A DNA stretch of 32,750 nucleotides from Candidatus Geocrenenecus huangii. GTDB lineage: Archaea; Thermoproteota; Nitrososphaeria_A; Caldarchaeales; Wolframiiraptoraceae. Below the pieces are notes generated by a model, which saw only the letters and a program-made list of their open reading frames with translations, made no database searches and was not told the origin of the DNA. The stretch covers positions 1 through 32,750 of the forward strand of contig JALNLM010000016.1 of the NCBI GenBank assembly GCA_023254095.1, given 5' to 3'. Shown in pieces: positions 18,447 to 28,046 of the stretch; within the stretch, counting starts at the first letter, position 1; each line of letters starts with the position of its first letter. Both the position numbers and the translations under genes were made by a program.

Positions 18447-19109
18447 TTGGTGAATAAGAAGTTGAAGTTCCCGTTCGGGGTAAGAAACGAAAAGCCTGTT
18501 CAAAGCCAACCTAAACCTCTCGCAATACTGATGAATAATAGGTTGATGGATATCTTGACACAACTAAAGATCCAATCTGAGAAGCTTAAGAGAACATATC
18601 AAAGACTGTTAGCAAGAGATAGAACACTATTTGAAGCATGCATAAGAGCAGAACAAGAACTCGACAGGGATAGGGCCGTCATATACGCTAATGAGATAGC
18701 TCAACTTAGAAAGATGAGTAGGACAGTACTGAGAAGCCAGATATCGTTAGAGAAAGTTATACTGAGACTAGAAACAGTACAAGAATTCGGAGATGTAATG
18801 AGGGCTCTCGCACCTGCAACGAAGATAATAAAACAAGTTCAATCAGAACTATCAGGTCTAGTTCCAGAAGTGTCTGCTGCACTAAGAACAGTGGATGAGA
18901 TGCTTGAAACAGTAATAATAGAGGCAGGAAACGTTACGGGAGCACAAGTATCAGTGATGGTTTCAGATAGTGAAGCACAGAAGATACTTGAAGAAGCAGC
19001 GGAGATAGCAGCTCAAAGAATGAATAGTCAATTCCCACAACTTCCTGAAACATTGAAAGATTTATCAAGTGAACAATCTTCAAGTAATAGCAAACTAAGA
19101 AATCCATAA
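18447..19109 (+). CDS. cdvB: ESCRT-III/Snf7 family protein, CdvB1/B2-like
   Basis: RA.IYANEIAQLRK, LEKVILRLET..EFGD, EAQKILEEAAEIA, FPQLP tail; no winged-helix extension. Confidence 0.9.
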   Translation: MVNKKLKFPFGVRNEKPVQSQPKPLAILMNNRLMDILTQLKIQSEKLKRTYQRLLARDRTLFEACIRAEQELDRDRAVIYANEIAQLRKMSRTVLRSQISLEKVILRLETVQEFGDVMRALAPATKIIKQVQSELSGLVPEVSAALRTVDEMLETVIIEAGNVTGAQVSVMVSDSEAQKILEEAAEIAAQRMNSQFPQLPETLKDLSSEQSSSNSKLRNP

Positions 19110-19335
19110 TGATTAAAATTGAAGCACTGAAAGAAGGTGGAGACGACGACTTTCAGGATAAAAGCTAGAATATAGCATAGAATTAAGAAGGCTCACCCTT
19201 ATTATTTATTAATAAGCAAATCATGATGAAAGAGGAATCTACATCAGGAAGCATGTATAGCACATCAGGTGACATGGGTGCCAGGTTATCTGGTAATATT
19301 TATATTTTACTAATGCATAGAAGATAACGAGCATT

Positions 19336-20499
19336 ATGGTCTCTCAACATATTGCTTTCTTCGAAGAGCCCAGGAACCCTATACCTGGTGACTTAGTCTT
19401 TAGAGCTTTAACACCTCCTAGAGAAATAATTCTAGCAGTGAATCCAAGAGTAACTTTAGAAGTAATAGAAGGGGTCTTGAGAGCGGCAAAAGACACGGAG
19501 AACATAGTAATTCTTGAATTGGCCTTATCCGAGATGAATCTTAAAGGTGGATACACTGGTCTTACACCCAAGGCATTTGCGGAAAGAGTTAGAAAGGCAG
19601 CAGAAAACGTTGGATGGTTCGGATATGTTCTTCACGCTGACCATGTAACTGTGAGAAAGGGGACCTATGAAGAGATAGATAATGTAAAAAGAGAATTAGA
19701 AGCAAGGATAGAAGCAGGCTTCACAAGTTTCGCAATCGATACATCATACTTATTCGATGTAAGTAAAGATAACATACCTGAACAATTGAAAAGAGTGATA
19801 GACGTGGGGACCGAGCTATTCAGGTTCCTAGACGAAAAGATAGGTCATAGAAATTATGGAAGAGAAGGAGAAGTAGGAGAAATCGGGAAAAGTGAATTAA
19901 CAGAAGTTGAAGAAGCTCTTTACTATGTTAAGACTATGAAAGAGAATGGAGTAGATCTCCATTGGCTGGCGATAAATAATGGTTCGAAGCACGGTGTATC
20001 TGTAGATGCGGAAGGAAACATTATCCCCCAGTTAGGCATTAACATAAAAAGAACAGTAGAAATAGTTCAAGCACTCTGGAATAATCGCTACCCGACGAGA
20101 ATCGCTCAACATGGAGTCAGTGGAACTCCACTCCACCTCATAGCAGAAGCATTTCCAAAAGGTATGATAAACAAGGGAAACGTAGCAACATATTACATGC
20201 TAATGGTATATGATATACTCAGGATCTATGAACCCGAATTATTTAAGAGAATATACAAATGGGTAGTCGAAAAGTACAAGAAAGAAAATATTCCAGAAGT
20301 TGAGATATTCGTAGAAAATTCTAAGAATGCTATAAAGGAATTCTTTAACGAGTTCGAGAAGATAAGTGACGAAGCGAAGCAATCAATAAGAGCGAAGGCT
20401 TATGCTGATACCCTACTACATATAAAAGCATTTGGGATGGAGAAAACCGCTAGGAAGGTCTATGATTACCTGAAGAAGACGAACATCAAATATGAATAA
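19336..20499 (+). CDS. fba: class II fructose-bisphosphate aldolase
   Basis: HADH, EGEVGEIG, NGSKHG, AQHGVSG, KGNVAT metal and substrate motifs. Confidence 0.88.
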   Translation: MVSQHIAFFEEPRNPIPGDLVFRALTPPREIILAVNPRVTLEVIEGVLRAAKDTENIVILELALSEMNLKGGYTGLTPKAFAERVRKAAENVGWFGYVLHADHVTVRKGTYEEIDNVKRELEARIEAGFTSFAIDTSYLFDVSKDNIPEQLKRVIDVGTELFRFLDEKIGHRNYGREGEVGEIGKSELTEVEEALYYVKTMKENGVDLHWLAINNGSKHGVSVDAEGNIIPQLGINIKRTVEIVQALWNNRYPTRIAQHGVSGTPLHLIAEAFPKGMINKGNVATYYMLMVYDILRIYEPELFKRIYKWVVEKYKKENIPEVEIFVENSKNAIKEFFNEFEKISDEAKQSIRAKAYADTLLHIKAFGMEKTARKVYDYLKKTNIKYE

Positions 20500-20694
20500 G
20501 CTCCTCTACTCGTATCCTATTTCATTCTTCTAACTAAACATATTCATTAAGGTAAAGCTTAATATCTTCATAAGAAACTAATCGATGACTGAGACATGAA
20601 TCATTCACGTGTATGCCCCCGTAAAGAACAGGGTGAAGGAAATAGATTATACAGTTACAAGTATATTCATAAAACTGTAATTCATTACAAATAG

Positions 20695-21426
20695 GTGCAG
20701 GAAGATATGACGATGGTCCCTAAAAAATCTCAGTTACCTCCTCCAAAGATAGTTCCATCTATATTATCGGCAGATTTTAGAAAACTCGGAGAGGAAGTTA
20801 GGAAAGTTGAGAAAGCCGGAGCAGACATGCTGCACTTCGATATAATGGATGGACACTTTGTCCCGAATATAAGCTTCGGCCCCATGGTAGTGAAGGCTCT
20901 ACGAAAAGAAGTTAGTATCCCGTTTCTAGTTCACTTAATGGTTGAGAACCCAGAGGTAATCCTTGACCAGACAATAGATTCAGGAGCCGACATAATATTA
21001 TTCCATGTAGAAGTCTCTCCACATTTATGGAGAATACTAGAGTCGATAAAGGAGAGAGGAGTTAAAGCAGGTGCAGCATTAAACCCATCTACTCCATTAT
21101 CTACAATCGAATACTTCATAGAAGAATTAGATATGGTTCTACTAATGACTGTTAACCCAGGATTCGGTGGACAGAGGCTCATACCAAAAATGCTTGACAA
21201 GATACGTGATTTTAGAAGAAGCTTGATAGAGAAGAAGATTATGCTAGACATAGCAGTGGACGGCGGAGTAACATTCGAAAATGTGGAAGACATAATAGAG
21301 GCTGGAGCAAACGTTATAATAGCTGGGACAACAATATTCGGTCAGGAGGATGTTGAAGAAGCAACAAGGAGGTTAAAGAAGTTGGCAGAAGAGAAATATT
21401 CTCGAATAATCTCATTTTACCTATAA
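20695..21426 (+). CDS. rpe: ribulose-phosphate 3-epimerase
   Basis: PSILSADF, HFDIMDGHFVPN, HLMV, MTVNPGFGGQ, VDGGV. Confidence 0.96.
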   Translation: MQEDMTMVPKKSQLPPPKIVPSILSADFRKLGEEVRKVEKAGADMLHFDIMDGHFVPNISFGPMVVKALRKEVSIPFLVHLMVENPEVILDQTIDSGADIILFHVEVSPHLWRILESIKERGVKAGAALNPSTPLSTIEYFIEELDMVLLMTVNPGFGGQRLIPKMLDKIRDFRRSLIEKKIMLDIAVDGGVTFENVEDIIEAGANVIIAGTTIFGQEDVEEATRRLKKLAEEKYSRIISFYL

Positions 21427-21442
21427 TCTTTCTGAGCAATGT

Positions 21443-22354
21443 TCATGCTTCTCTAGATAGCTTCTGTAAGAATCCTAACTTTTCTGAAACCCATCTAAAT
21501 AGATCTACTTTAGGCTTCCATGAAAGAATATTTTGAGCGAGTGAAATATCTGCAACACTGTATCTTACATCGTTTTTCCTCGGCTCCCGGTAAACTATTC
21601 CGACACCTGACCTTTCATTAATGTATTCTGCAAGTTCTCCTACTTTGACTGGTTTACCTGAACCGATATTGAACACCTTTCCAGACACGGAATCTTTCAT
21701 ACATGCTTTGTAGAAACCCTTAACAACATCTCCAACATATATGAAGTCTCTAACATTCTTTCCGTTGCCGAATACTGTTAGAGGTTTACCTAGATATACG
21801 GATTCTAGAAAGTTCTTCACTACCCCAGCTCTGGCTCTCTCGCCATAGACATTGAACAATCTTAAGATGACAACATCTATCTTGTCGGAGTATCTAAGAC
21901 ATTCTTTTTCTCCTTCAAGTTTTGTATGACCATAAAAGTTTAAAGGGTTCAGAAGAGCATCCTCTACTGCAGGCTTCTCTAAATCACCATACACCGCCGC
22001 CGAGCTAGCGTAGACTACCCTCATATTCTTCTTCGATGCGATATCGAGAATATTTGCTGTCCCGAGAAAGTTTACCTCCCAATAACTAGATCTATCTATC
22101 TCACTTTCTTCAACATCCGTCAATGCTGCTAAATGGAATACTACGTCTCCAGATAGTACTTCAGATAATCTGCCTCTATCTCTAATGTCAACAACCTCAA
22201 CTTCTAGATTATTCATTTTCAAAAATCTACTATAAACATCTATTGAAGCTCTAGATAGATTATCGATAACCTTAACTCTAAACCCCTTCTCTAACAAGAA
22301 TTCTACGAGATGGCTACCGATGAACCCGCATCCTCCAGTTACAACAGCCTTCAT
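21443..22354 (-). CDS. NAD-dependent nucleotide-sugar epimerase/dehydratase (GalE-like)
   Basis: GGCGFIGSH, SSAAVYG, YGHTK, RLFNVYG, RDFIYV. Confidence 0.92.
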   Translation of the reverse strand: MKAVVTGGCGFIGSHLVEFLLEKGFRVKVIDNLSRASIDVYSRFLKMNNLEVEVVDIRDRGRLSEVLSGDVVFHLAALTDVEESEIDRSSYWEVNFLGTANILDIASKKNMRVVYASSAAVYGDLEKPAVEDALLNPLNFYGHTKLEGEKECLRYSDKIDVVILRLFNVYGERARAGVVKNFLESVYLGKPLTVFGNGKNVRDFIYVGDVVKGFYKACMKDSVSGKVFNIGSGKPVKVGELAEYINERSGVGIVYREPRKNDVRYSVADISLAQNILSWKPKVDLFRWVSEKLGFLQKLSREA

Positions 22355-22469
22355 TCATGAAACCGTTATCTTCAATACTAAAAAACTTTTAAGAATACAA
22401 TTACATAAACATAGATAACTCAATAGATCTCTACCCACATATTTTAAACATACATCGTAATAGAATACA

Positions 22470-22483
22470 GGAAATACTTATAT
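22470..22483 (+). promoter_or_regulatory. putative BRE/TATA promoter of the 23S gene
   Basis: GGAAATACTTATAT about 30 nt upstream of the outermost precursor stem (22514). Confidence 0.5.
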
Positions 22484-22570
22484 CCAGCCAGATACAGTAT
22501 AGGAATGGCGTTCATGAAAGTCTCCAATGAAAAATTGGAGACTAGATGCTGATGAGCCCTGAAGCTCAAG

Positions 22571-22625
22571 ATGAAGCATCTACAGGAATAAGAGATACCG
22601 CAAACTAGATAGTAGAAGAACCCAC
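22571..22625 (+). repeat. 5' arm of the 23S processing stem with BHB motif
   Basis: GCATCTACAGGAATAAGAGATA-CCGC-AAA-CTAGATAGTAGAAGAA is the inverted repeat of 26213-26264. Confidence 0.9.
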
Positions 22626-23852
22626 ACCCTAGGCCTGAAAACGCCGACCGGTGGATGCCTCGGCTCAGGCGCCGAGGAAGGACGTGGCAAGCTACGAAAA
22701 GCCCCGGGTAGCCGCAGGCGGGCGTTGATCCGGGGATCTCCGAATAGGACTTCCAGGGAACTCGACCTTTACGGGTTGAGTTCTCACTCCCGGGTTTAAC
22801 CCTGGGAGAGGGAACCTCCCGAACGGAAGCATCCAAGTAGGGAGAGGAAAAGAAACCAAGATGGGATTCCCTGAGTACCGGCGAGGGAAAAGGGAGGAGC
22901 CTAAACCAAACCTCTAGAGGATAACTCTAGAGGGATGTGGGGTGATGGACCTGGGGCCCACCCTAACCCATCGATCCGAAGTGCTCTGGAACGGGCCGCC
23001 GAAGAGGGTGAAAGCCCCGTAGGAGAAGATGGGAAGGGTGATGCCCGGGTTCCCGAGTACCACACCTTGAATATGGTGTGGGAAGTTGGGGGCCATCGGC
23101 CTCCAAGGCTAAATACGTCCTGAGACCGATAGCGCACCAGTAGCGTGAGCGAAAGGTGAAAAGTACCCCGGGAGGGGGGTGAAAAGCGTCTGAAACCGGT
23201 CGGTAACAGACGTGTGCGGCCTGAAAGGGTAATCCCCACGAAAACTCCTATCATAGGGGTTGAGTGGGGATACCAGGGTCGCACGCTCCGTCTTGAAACA
23301 CGGGCCGGGGAGTGCATGGTCGTGGCGAGCCTAAGGGTTCTAAAGCCCGCAGGCGTAGGGAAACCGACTAGCCCGTAGCCGGAGAGTTCCGGCGAGAGGC
23401 GAGGTCCCATAAGGGCCTGTAGTCACGGCCATGCGGCTAGAAACCGGGCGATCTAGCCCTGGGCAGGGTGAAGCCGGGGGAAACCCCGGTCGAGGCCCGT
23501 AAGAGGTCCTGACGTGCAATTCGGTCTCCTGACCTGGGGCTAGGGGCTAAAAACCAATCTAGCCCGGTGATAGCTAGTTCCCCCCGAAGTGTCTCGCAGG
23601 ACAGCCTCAGGCGAGGTAGCCCGCGGGGTAGAGCACCGATAGGGGAGTAAGGGCTCGAAAGGGCCCGCTTTCCTTTCGAACTCCGAATCTGCGGGCGCCG
23701 TAGACCCTGGGAGTGGGGGATAGGGGGTAAGCTCCTATCCCGAGAGGGGAACAACCCAGACCTAGGGTTAAGGCCCCTAAGTGCCCGCTAAGTGAACAAA
23801 CCAAAGGGCGTCTCCAGCCTAAGACAGCGGGGAGGTAAGCTTAGAAGCAGCT

Positions 23853-23891
<39 letters not shown>

Positions 23892-24408
23892 GGAGGCCCC
23901 GAAAATTGACGGGTCTAAGCGGGCCGCCGAAACCCTGGACTACTGGGCAGAGATGCCTAGTAGTGGTAGGGGGGCGTAGCGGCTGGGTAGAAGCTGGGCC
24001 GTGAGGTCCAGTGGACCGGCCGCTAATGTAGATCCCGGTGGTAGTAACAGCAAAGCGGGGTGGGAATCCCCGCCACCGAAGGGGCAAGGGTCTCCCGGCA
24101 ATGCGTCGTCAGCCGGGAGTAAGCCGGTCCTAAGGCTGACCTTAACTGGGTAGGCCGAAAGGGAAACCGGTTAATATTCCGGTGCCGTGGAGGTAGGATT
24201 GCGGTGACGCAAGCCGGCTCCCTGACGCTTCGGGGTAGGCTGAGCCAAGTTGTAGCTTGGTCTAACCTCATAAGCCTGGGGAGTGCCGTAAAGGCGAGAA
24301 CCAGGTGAAAGAGGGATGGGGCCCCCGTATGGGGGCTTCAGCTGATCCCTGGAGCCGGTGAAAAGGGGAGCTGGAACGAGCCTCCGCGACCGTGCCAAGA
24401 ACCGACAC

Positions 24409-24856
24409 ACCGGCAGCCTCAGGCATCTTTATTAAATTCCTAAGAGGAGTCTTCTCTACTAAGGAAATGAATCATATCGAAGTTACCGAGATTGTGGGCC
24501 GACACATCGCTGACGGGTTATTAATCAAGAGCCCGAAAAAGAAATGGCTATAAAGTAATTTTGACAGAAACTTTACCGGCAAGGAATAATAGATTGCGAT
24601 GAAACAATTTATTATGATAAGAACAACAAACTATGGATTACCCAAGCTAAATGTAATTCACTATGATATAACAAAATTTATTGAGAAAGTGTTAAACCCA
24701 ATCCCACATGAAATTTATTTTATGTAAAAAGTGAAAAAGTGTGGATACAGAAAGACATCCTATGCCTTAAGGATTTAGGTGAAAGAAGAATATCTTACGT
24801 CATCTTAAGGTTATAGGTTCCTTGAAAATTAAGCCTGGGTTTGCTGCCGGGTCGAG
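24409..24856 (+). mobile_element. 448-nt archaeal BHB intron in the 23S (about E. coli 1617/1618)
   Basis: AT-rich insert; CCGGCAGC/GCTGCCGG stem, bulges ACA and AGA, central CGAC/GTCG helix; excision restores ACCGACAC|AGGTGCCCC. Confidence 0.93.
24422..24835 (+). pseudogene. decayed LAGLIDADG homing endonuclease inside intron 1
   Basis: Fragments in shifting frames: FLRGVFST, MNHIEVTEIVGRHIADG (ATG 24467 to TAA 24553), YKVILTE, IYYDKNNKLWI, ILRHLKVIGS; several stops and frameshifts. Confidence 0.65.
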
Positions 24857-25145
24857 AGGTGCCCCTAGGTGAGAAGCCTCAGGTGTGTGGGGTGACTCCG
24901 GGCGAGGGAACTCGGCAAACTAGCCCCGTACCCTCGGTAGAAGGGGTGCCTGCAGTCTTAGGCCACGTGCCTGGGACCGCAGGTCGCAGTGACAAGGGGG
25001 TCCCGACTGTTTAATAAAAACATAGGGAGCCGCAAGACCGAAAGGTCGTGAACGGCTCCTCAATCCTGGCCAGCAGGGGTACCTGAACCCCGGGTCCAAC
25101 CGGGATAAGGGCTCCTAAACGCCGGGAGTAACTCTGACTCTCTTA

Positions 25146-25202
25146 ACGAGGACCTGCCCACCGTCATTGGAGGCTCATGAGGTGGGTGAGGCCTCGGGAG
25201 AA
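25146..25202 (+). mobile_element. 57-nt hairpin BHB intron in the 23S (E. coli 1927 site)
   Basis: Outer ACT/GGT, central CTCT/GGAG, bulges TAA and AAA, inner CGAGG/CCTCG; excision restores GACTCTCTTA|AGGTAGCC. Confidence 0.93.
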
Positions 25203-25790
25203 AGGTAGCCAAATGCCTTGTCGGGTAAGTTCCGACGTGCATGAATGGATCAACGAGGGCCCCGCTGTCCCCGTCCGGAGCCCCGTGAACCCACATAACC
25301 TGGATGAACAGTCCAGGATCTCCCAGCGGGGAGAGAAGACCCTGTGGAGCTTTACTGCAGCCTGTCGCTGCGGCATGACTGGAAGTACAGAGCGTAGCCG
25401 GGAGCCGTAGATCCCAGCCTCTCCGGGGGCTGGGGGAGGCGACGATGTAACACCGGCTACTTCTGGTTGTGCCGCTAACCGGGGCCTGTGCCCTGGGACA
25501 ACGGCAGGTGGGCAGTTTGGCTGGGGCGGCACCCCCTCGAAAAGGTATCGAGGGGGCCCAAAGGTCGGCTCAGGTGGGACAGAAACCCACCGTAGAGTGC
25601 AAGGGCAAAAGCCGGCCTGACTGCGCCCTTGACAGTAAGGGGCGCAGGGGGGAAACCCGGGCCTAGCGATCCATCGTCTCCCACCGATGGGGGACGGTGG
25701 TGACAGAAAAGTTACCCCAGGGATAACAGGCTCGTCGCGGGCGAGAGTCCCCATCGACCCCGCGGCTTGGTACCTCGATGTCGGCTCTTC

Positions 25791-25822
<32 letters not shown>

Positions 25823-25838
25823 CGCCTGTTCGGCGATC

Positions 25839-25883
<45 letters not shown>

Positions 25884-26212
25884 ATTCTACCTGCTGGGAG
25901 CGGTGGCCGCTTGAGGGGAAGGCGCTCCTAGTACGAGAGGAACGGAGCGCCGGGGCCAACTGGGTACCGGTCCTCCTACAGGGGGTAGCCGGGCACCTGC
26001 GCCCCAGCGAATAAGGGCTGAAAGCATCTAAGCCCGAAGTCGCTCCCGAGATTAGGCGGCCACTTAGAGGCCATGGGGCTTGGCAACAGGCCTCGGCCTC
26101 TAACGAGGGCGCCCGTAGAAGACGGGTTTGATGGGGTGGAGGTGTAAGAGCGGAGGCCTTGTGCCGGACGCTCTCAGCCTGCCACTCCCAACTGCCCGGA
26201 GGGGCCTAGGGT

Positions 26213-26264
26213 CTTCTTCTACTATCTAGGCGAATGTATCTCTTATTCCTGTAGATGCTTTCAT
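26213..26264 (+). repeat. 3' arm of the 23S processing stem
   Basis: TTCTTCTACTATCTAG-GCGA-ATG-TATCTCTTATTCCTGTAGATGC is complementary to 22571-22620. Confidence 0.9.
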
Positions 26265-26374
26265 GGAAGCTTTCATATATCGTGGAGTCATTATCTTTCC
26301 GGGAAAAGGATTGCTCAACTCCATCATTGTTAATAGAAATATACATGAGGACCAGTAGATGATTATTCGAGTAG

Positions 26375-27283
26375 ATGGAAGCCGTAGTCTCACAAGATCT
26401 CGTTAAAATCTATGAAAATGGGGTTAAAGCATTAGATTCTATCTCTCTATCTATTAAGTCAGGAATAGTCTTCAGCTTGCTTGGCAGAAACGGTGCTGGC
26501 AAAACAACTTTTCTTAGAATAATGGCTACACAGCTATTACCAACTAGTGGTAAAGGATACGTACTCGGATATGATATAGTTTCTGAAGCAGGAAAGATTA
26601 GAGAGAAGATAGCGGTCATCCCTCAGGAATCTCGACCGATGTATATCTTGACCGTGAGAGAACATGTAAAATACTTCTTGATGATGAGGGGGTTATCGAT
26701 GTATCAAGCATCGCGGCAAGCATCTAGGATATTGCGTGAAATAGGTCTCGAAGAGTATTCTGACACTTTGTGTATGAAGCTCTCAGGAGGATTGAGGAGA
26801 AAAGTTCTAGTAGCGATGGCCATGGCCACAGAAGCCGAGATACTCTTCCTAGATGAGCCGACCACAGGTCTAGACCCGCTTTCAAGAAGACTTGTATGGG
26901 ATGTAATCCAGAGAGCTTCCAATTCAGGGCAAACAATATTTCTAACAACACATTACATGGATGAAGCTGAGAAGATATCGAATGAGATAGCTATTCTACA
27001 TAGTGGTAGACTACTTACGTCTGGGAGCATAGATGAATTCAGGAAGCTTATACCCTACAAGCTCAAAGCAGAGATTGCTACAGATAATGTAATATTCGAA
27101 GACATAAGAAAATATGGGAGGACATTAACGCTTGGGAGGAGAATAATAGTGTATATGATTGACGAGGAAGACTCGAGGAAGCTTCATGAATACTGCATCT
27201 TGAATAAGATTCCAGTAACGTTTTCTCCCCTAAACCTCGAAGATGTATTCATAAAATTGGTGGGTGAGAATGAGGATAGCTAG
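26375..27283 (+). CDS. ABC-2 type exporter ATP-binding protein
   Basis: GRNGAGKTT, LSGG, FLDEPTTGLDP, LTTHYMDEAE, LEDVFIKL. Confidence 0.95.
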   Translation: MEAVVSQDLVKIYENGVKALDSISLSIKSGIVFSLLGRNGAGKTTFLRIMATQLLPTSGKGYVLGYDIVSEAGKIREKIAVIPQESRPMYILTVREHVKYFLMMRGLSMYQASRQASRILREIGLEEYSDTLCMKLSGGLRRKVLVAMAMATEAEILFLDEPTTGLDPLSRRLVWDVIQRASNSGQTIFLTTHYMDEAEKISNEIAILHSGRLLTSGSIDEFRKLIPYKLKAEIATDNVIFEDIRKYGRTLTLGRRIIVYMIDEEDSRKLHEYCILNKIPVTFSPLNLEDVFIKLVGENEDS

Positions 27284-28016
27284 GCAGATTAGAGCGTTAA
27301 ATGCTTTAGTTATGATGAATGGCTTAAAGCCTATCGTCAGAAGCCCTTTATGGCTGGTCGTAGAGTTATCCTTCCCACTAACATTGATATTCTTCATCTC
27401 TTTGTATGCATCGGAGAAAGCTGTTTCGGAAGCTTTGATAGGTGCAGCGATCTCCTTGATGACTATGAGTGGGCTAGCATTACAGAGCGACGTCATTTGG
27501 CTTAGAGTAGAATTAAAGTTTCAAGATATGGCGGTTGCATCACCTATCTCTCCGACAACGTATATGCTGGGGCTAGCTTTATCCGAGCTAGCTTACAGCT
27601 CTCCAGCAATAATCTTAATCTTAGCCTTGATGATAATTAGGGGGATGCTGAGATTGGAGAGCATACCGTTCATATCCTTGTCATTAGTGTTGTGCTGGCT
27701 GTTCGCTACATCACTTGGATTCTATCTTTCAACTAGAATAACAGACCTTAGACATATATGGGCCTTAAGCAGTCTACTCTCGGTACTGATAAGTATGCTT
27801 CCACCAGTATACTACTCAATAGAGTTGCTTCCAGGATGGGCTCAGATGTTAAGCTACCTTGTTCCAACTACGCATGCAGCTCTCCTCGCAAAGGAGGCTG
27901 TGAACCTTGCAAGCCTATCTTTATTCAATAAGCTTATCAGCTTTGCGATACTCTTAGCATGGACAATAATACTCACAATAATTGCAGCTAAGAGGTCGAC
28001 CTGGAGAGAAAAATGA
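27264..28016 (+). CDS. ABC-2 type exporter permease
   Basis: About six TM helices, ASPIS, PPVYYS..LLP.W, PTTH; overlaps the ATPase gene. Confidence 0.9.
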   Translation: MRMRIARQIRALNALVMMNGLKPIVRSPLWLVVELSFPLTLIFFISLYASEKAVSEALIGAAISLMTMSGLALQSDVIWLRVELKFQDMAVASPISPTTYMLGLALSELAYSSPAIILILALMIIRGMLRLESIPFISLSLVLCWLFATSLGFYLSTRITDLRHIWALSSLLSVLISMLPPVYYSIELLPGWAQMLSYLVPTTHAALLAKEAVNLASLSLFNKLISFAILLAWTIILTIIAAKRSTWREK

Positions 28017-28046
28017 GATCGTAGCATCCTGGCAGTCTATGGATAG

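Noticed and set aside
19223-19275. ATGATGA C-box-like motif upstream of fba
   Set aside because: No properly spaced D boxes or convincing guide.
24499-24506. CCGACACA copy of the exon junction inside intron 1
   Set aside because: An 8-mer within a coding relic; likely chance.
24409-24856. Group I or II intron, or IS element, reading of the insert
   Set aside because: No ribozyme core or transposase is visible; the BHB geometry explains the boundaries exactly.
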